Assembly: GCA_019057815.1 (NCBI GenBank)
Contig: JAHLWR010000009.1
Coordinates: 64,001-128,000 of the forward strand
Length of the DNA stretch: 64,000 nucleotides
Origin: Candidatus Heimdallarchaeota archaeon
Lineage (GTDB): Archaea > Asgardarchaeota > Heimdallarchaeia > Heimdallarchaeales > Heimdallarchaeaceae
Reading direction: 5' to 3'
The notes below the pieces were generated by a model. That model saw only the letters and a list, made by a program, of their open reading frames with translations. It was not told the origin of the DNA and did not search any database. Of the stretch, positions 60,468 through 64,000 are shown piece by piece (positions within the stretch are counted from its first letter, which is position 1; every line of letters starts with the position of its first letter). Made by a program: the position numbers and the translations under genes.

Positions 60468-61509
60468 TCTCCTTGTTCTGATACAGATGGCATGCTACAT
60501 ATCCATCTTTAGTCTGTGTATTAATTGGTTCATCTATTCTGCATATTTCCATAACTTGCGGACAACGAGGATGGAATCGGCACCCAGATGGTGGATTAAT
60601 TAAATCCGGGGGAGAACCCTTAATCTCTATCAACGCTTTCTTAGGTCCAGTAACACTTGGAAAAGCTTCAATCAAAGCTTTTGTATATGGGTGCAAAGGT
60701 TCCTTAAAAAGCGTCCGTAGTTTGCCATATTCAACCACTTTTCCAGCATACATAATAGCAAGAGTTTCGCAAACTTCAGCTATAACAGATAGATCATGAG
60801 TAATCATAATCATAGAAAGGTTGAACTTTTTTTGTAATTCTTTTGTTGCTTTAAGAACTTGTGATTGTACAATAACATCTAAAGCAGTCACAGGTTCATC
60901 AGCTATGACTATATCAGGATTGCTTATCAAAGCCATTGCTATGAGTGCTCTCTGTTTCATACCTCCGCTAAGTTGGTGTGGATAGTCCATAGCTCGTGAT
61001 GAATCGATCCCTACGGTTTCAAGAATATTGATTACTCGCTCCCAAGCTTCATCTTCATCAGTTTCAGGTTCATGGATTTTTATTACTTCCAAAATTTGAT
61101 TACCTACTCTATGAACGGGATTCATCGCATTCATTGCCCCTTGAAAGATCATAGTAATATGATGGCCTCTAATTTTTTGCATTTCTTCTTCTGTTAAATC
61201 TAATATGTTTTTGGAAATTTCTCGTTCACTCTTCCGCCTAAATAACCTTTGTAAGCGAGATCTAGGACCTTCTAAATCCATAAAAGCTTGAGCTCTATCG
61301 TACAATATCTCTCCTTCAACTATTCTACCTGGTGTTTGTATCATCCTCATGATGGAAAGACATGTAGTTGTTTTTCCACACCCACTTTCTCCTGCAAGTC
61401 CTAGTACTTCTCCTTTTTGCAGACTCAAGCTAACATCATCAACAGCTTTGACTGTCCCTGCGCGGATTTCATAATATGTTTTTAAATTCTTAATCTCAAG
61501 TAAAGCCAT
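60448..61509 (-). CDS. oppD: Oligopeptide ABC ATPase OppD/DppD
   Basis: GESGCGKTT, LSGGMKQR, DEPVTALD, GCRFHPRC. Confidence 0.95.
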   Translation of the reverse strand: MALLEIKNLKTYYEIRAGTVKAVDDVSLSLQKGEVLGLAGESGCGKTTTCLSIMRMIQTPGRIVEGEILYDRAQAFMDLEGPRSRLQRLFRRKSEREISKNILDLTEEEMQKIRGHHITMIFQGAMNAMNPVHRVGNQILEVIKIHEPETDEDEAWERVINILETVGIDSSRAMDYPHQLSGGMKQRALIAMALISNPDIVIADEPVTALDVIVQSQVLKATKELQKKFNLSMIMITHDLSVIAEVCETLAIMYAGKVVEYGKLRTLFKEPLHPYTKALIEAFPSVTGPKKALIEIKGSPPDLINPPSGCRFHPRCPQVMEICRIDEPINTQTKDGYVACHLYQNKENEEDND

Positions 61510-61513
61510 AGTA

Positions 61514-62461
61514 TTACCTCTGTCTAAGCCTTGGGTTCACAATTTCGTCGAAAGCCATACCAACGAAAGCAAAACTCAATGTGATCAATCCAATAGCTAT
61601 ACCTGGGGGCCAGAAAAGCCACCAATTTCCTGAAGCGAAAGCTGCATGAACTTGTGCATTATGTAGCATTTGACCTAGAGTCCAAGTTAGAGGGTCACCT
61701 AAGCCTAAATAGGATAAGAATGCCTCATAAAGTATTGCTTGCCTCATCGAAGTTATAATCATTGTCAACATTAAGGGGAAAACATTTGGTAAAATGTGTT
61801 TAAAGATGATATAAGTTCTACTTGCACCTGAAGCTTTTGCACCTGTGATAAAAGCTCTTTGTTTAAGCGATAAAGCTTGACTACGTATTAATCTTGCTGA
61901 AACGGGCCAGAAAACGATAATATAGATAGATGCTATAATGAACCATTGAGGAACAATGTCAATCCACGGAATTTTATCAACTAATAATGGAGCGATAGAA
62001 GCAAGAACGAGCATTAATGGTAATGCAGGAAGAACTAGAATAACGTCAGTAATACGCATGATTAAAGTATCAACCCAACCACCGATATATGCACTTGCTA
62101 CCCCAATTGTAGTACCAAAGAGAACTGTTAAACTACCAGCAACTACACCAACAAGCAACGAAACACGTAGACTTTCTAGAAGAATAGTAAAAACATCTTG
62201 TCCATAACCATTAGTACCTAAAAGATGATCCCAATTAGGTCTAACATTTCTATCAATAGTAAAAAAACCGTAAGGGTCATAATCTGTTATATCTGGTCCT
62301 ATAATAGCTAATATAATAATAGTAACCATCATGACTAAACCAATAACACCCATCCAGTTTCTGCTGAAAATTTTTGTTGTGGAACCCCATTTTCTCAGAC
62401 GACGTTTCAGATTATTTGGATTTACAACCATTCTAAACAGATTTGTAGCTTTAATTGCCAT
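61514..62461 (-). CDS. oppC: Oligopeptide ABC permease OppC
   Basis: HLLGTNGYGQD, AKASGAS..IIFKHILPN, NPRLR. Confidence 0.95.
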   Translation of the reverse strand: MAIKATNLFRMVVNPNNLKRRLRKWGSTTKIFSRNWMGVIGLVMMVTIIILAIIGPDITDYDPYGFFTIDRNVRPNWDHLLGTNGYGQDVFTILLESLRVSLLVGVVAGSLTVLFGTTIGVASAYIGGWVDTLIMRITDVILVLPALPLMLVLASIAPLLVDKIPWIDIVPQWFIIASIYIIVFWPVSARLIRSQALSLKQRAFITGAKASGASRTYIIFKHILPNVFPLMLTMIITSMRQAILYEAFLSYLGLGDPLTWTLGQMLHNAQVHAAFASGNWWLFWPPGIAIGLITLSFAFVGMAFDEIVNPRLRQR

Positions 62462-62472
62462 TTTTATATCTC

Positions 62473-63492
62473 CTATTCACTCCTTATCCTAGGGTCAACA
62501 AAACCATAGAGAAGTTCAGCAAAAAGTAAACCCAGCAATGTTAAACCTGCTATAATTATAAATGAACCCTGAAGAAGAGGATAGTCCTTATATAGAATCG
62601 CTTCATATAGCAATCTTCCAGTTCCAGGATAGGTAAACACTGTTTCTACAAGAACTGAACCCCCAATTAAACCACCTATGCTCATACCTATAGATGTTAT
62701 AACTGGGAGAATAGCATTTCTAAAACCATGTCTGAAAAGTATTTGTTTGTCATTTAAACCTTTAGCTTTTGCAGTTTGAATGAAATCTTCTGTTTTAACA
62801 TTAATAAGATTACCACGCATGAACCACGACCAACCTAGAATCCCTGCAATAACTAAAACTGTCAATGGAAGAACTAAATGCCATAATACGTCTAATATCA
62901 CTCGAAAAGTACCTAAACTTTCTATGCCTGGAGTTTTAGCACCAATGAAAGGAAAATAAAAGGGCCAATTGTGTATTCGAGCTTGGTATCCAAAGATAGA
63001 AATGAAAATCATTCCAACAAAAAACAAGGGAATAGCGTTGTATACATTATATGTTAAGACAAATGCAGTATCTGTCTTTGACCCTCTTCTCCATGCAATC
63101 AAAGATCCTAAAAGGATACCTATAACTGCATTAATAATGAATGCTGAACCGAGTAAGAGAAGAGTCCACGGAAGTCTTTCTCCAATTATTTCACTAACAG
63201 GTCTTTTATGAAGAAAAGAATACCCTAAATCACCCTGAAATAGATTCTTCAAGAAGATTAAATATTGTTTCCATAAAGATTCATCCAGTCCCCACCTATC
63301 TAATAAAGCATCTCTTACTTCAGGTGGAACGCGAGGATCTGTAGCAAAAATATTTGCAGGATTACCTGGCATAACATGATAGATAAAAAATACAACTGTT
63401 ATAGCTGCAAAATACGCAACTACTGCAAAAAGAACTTTTTTTGCAATATAACTTTTTAATCCCATTAATATAACACCATCTCTATACTTCAA
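62473..63492 (-). CDS. oppB: Oligopeptide ABC permease OppB (start may be the downstream Met of MGLKSY)
   Basis: MPGNPA, GDLGYS, AKAKGL, ETVFTYPG.G, DYPLLQG, DPRIR. Confidence 0.95.
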   Translation of the reverse strand: MKYRDGVILMGLKSYIAKKVLFAVVAYFAAITVVFFIYHVMPGNPANIFATDPRVPPEVRDALLDRWGLDESLWKQYLIFLKNLFQGDLGYSFLHKRPVSEIIGERLPWTLLLLGSAFIINAVIGILLGSLIAWRRGSKTDTAFVLTYNVYNAIPLFFVGMIFISIFGYQARIHNWPFYFPFIGAKTPGIESLGTFRVILDVLWHLVLPLTVLVIAGILGWSWFMRGNLINVKTEDFIQTAKAKGLNDKQILFRHGFRNAILPVITSIGMSIGGLIGGSVLVETVFTYPGTGRLLYEAILYKDYPLLQGSFIIIAGLTLLGLLFAELLYGFVDPRIRSE

Positions 63493-63560
63493 CTACTTGA
63501 AATACTTTTAAATTTTTCGGGAAAAGATATATGTTTAGTAAAAAAGTGACAATCTAAACA

Positions 63561-63574
63561 TAATTGTACAATTA
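63561..63574. promoter_or_regulatory. Perfect 14-bp palindrome upstream of oppB
   Basis: taattgtacaatta. Confidence 0.35.
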
Positions 63575-63579
63575 AAATT

Positions 63580-63628
63580 AAAAAAAGAATGGACCTAGGA
63601 TTTGGATTATTCAAACCCTAGATTCATT
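63580..63628 (-). terminator. Hairpin plus U-tract between oppA and oppB
   Basis: Minus strand aatgaatctagggtttg..caaatcctaggtccatt c ttttttt: 17-bp stem with two G-U pairs and one mismatch, followed by U7. Confidence 0.7.
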
Positions 63629-63658
63629 TAGTATATTTTTATGGCAACAATTTTGTTT

Positions 63659-64000
63659 TTACTTTCGTCTTTTTCTGAAGTATGTTATTCCAAGAATAAA
63701 GCCTACAGCTAAAACTGCAGTCATTATTTCGAATCCTGGAGCACCTTCATCTGGTTCAATTAGGTGAACTGCCATCCATGATTGCCAGTTGTCTGGACCT
63801 GTAGTATTACCCATAATCCAGCCAGTGAATTTATCTGTTCTGTAAAGGGTTACACCACCAGTAATTCTTATTGGTAAGTATGGTAAATCCTCTGCTATAA
63901 GTACTTGAGCTTCATCTAGTTTTTGTCTAACGATTGCTTCATCAGTTTCATAAAGGACTTCATCAACTAATGTTGTAACTTCCCAACGAACAGAACTGTT
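63659..64000 (-). CDS. oppA: Oligopeptide ABC substrate-binding protein OppA, C-terminal part (not in ORF track)
   Basis: Hand translation ..EAQVLIAEDLPYLPI..KFTGW..GPDNWQSW..EGAPGFEIMTAVLAVGFILGITYFRKRRK*; PGF-TM-basic tail. Confidence 0.9.
   Translation of the reverse strand, partial: NSSVRWEVTTLVDEVLYETDEAIVRQKLDEAQVLIAEDLPYLPIRITGGVTLYRTDKFTGWIMGNTTGPDNWQSWMAVHLIEPDEGAPGFEIMTAVLAVGFILGITYFRKRRK

Noticed and set aside
384-63211. Many 60-140 aa ORFs antisense to or nested in long genes (e.g. 11931..12299, 16407..16832, 18312..18578, 40774..41034)
   Set aside because: Shadow ORFs of well-supported genes with no motifs
1-64000. CRISPR array, tRNA or rRNA
   Set aside because: No regularly spaced repeat-spacer pattern, cloverleaf or rRNA-like segment seen; intergenic gaps are short and AT-rich

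Overview
AT-rich, gene-dense archaeal chromosomal window, most likely from an Asgard (Heimdallarchaeia-like) genome. This is inferred from a two-domain gelsolin, a PGF-CTERM-type anchored OppA, a probable choice-of-anchor-S protein, TPR-HTH regulators, a TrmB fragment and GGTGA-type RBS motifs. It holds about 50 CDS: hydrolases, TldD/TldE, IlvE, a PlsA/Ger-like reductase, Mg transporters, a PAS histidine kinase, a DUF433/DUF5615 toxin-antitoxin pair, an amide/beta-amino-acid catabolic cluster and an Opp ABC operon. I recognised no rRNA, tRNA or CRISPR array. Five non-routine signals stand out. (1) A ~1.77-kb transposase-less element carries a frameshifted TnpB with the Fanzor-type rearranged RuvC, bounded by a 22/23-bp inverted repeat that may be either TIRs or a self-targeting omegaRNA guide. 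(2) Four dispersed ~37-46-bp repeats resemble decayed IS200/IS605 right ends, and two of them supply gene stop codons. (3) An exact 21-bp AAC-N5-GTT site occurs twice, 16.7 kb apart. (4) An MgtE gene contains an in-frame amber codon. (5) A divergent RtcB-like protein is flanked by two phosphodiesterase-type genes and lies near an AUR1-like gene. All product calls come from motif recognition only; no database search was run.
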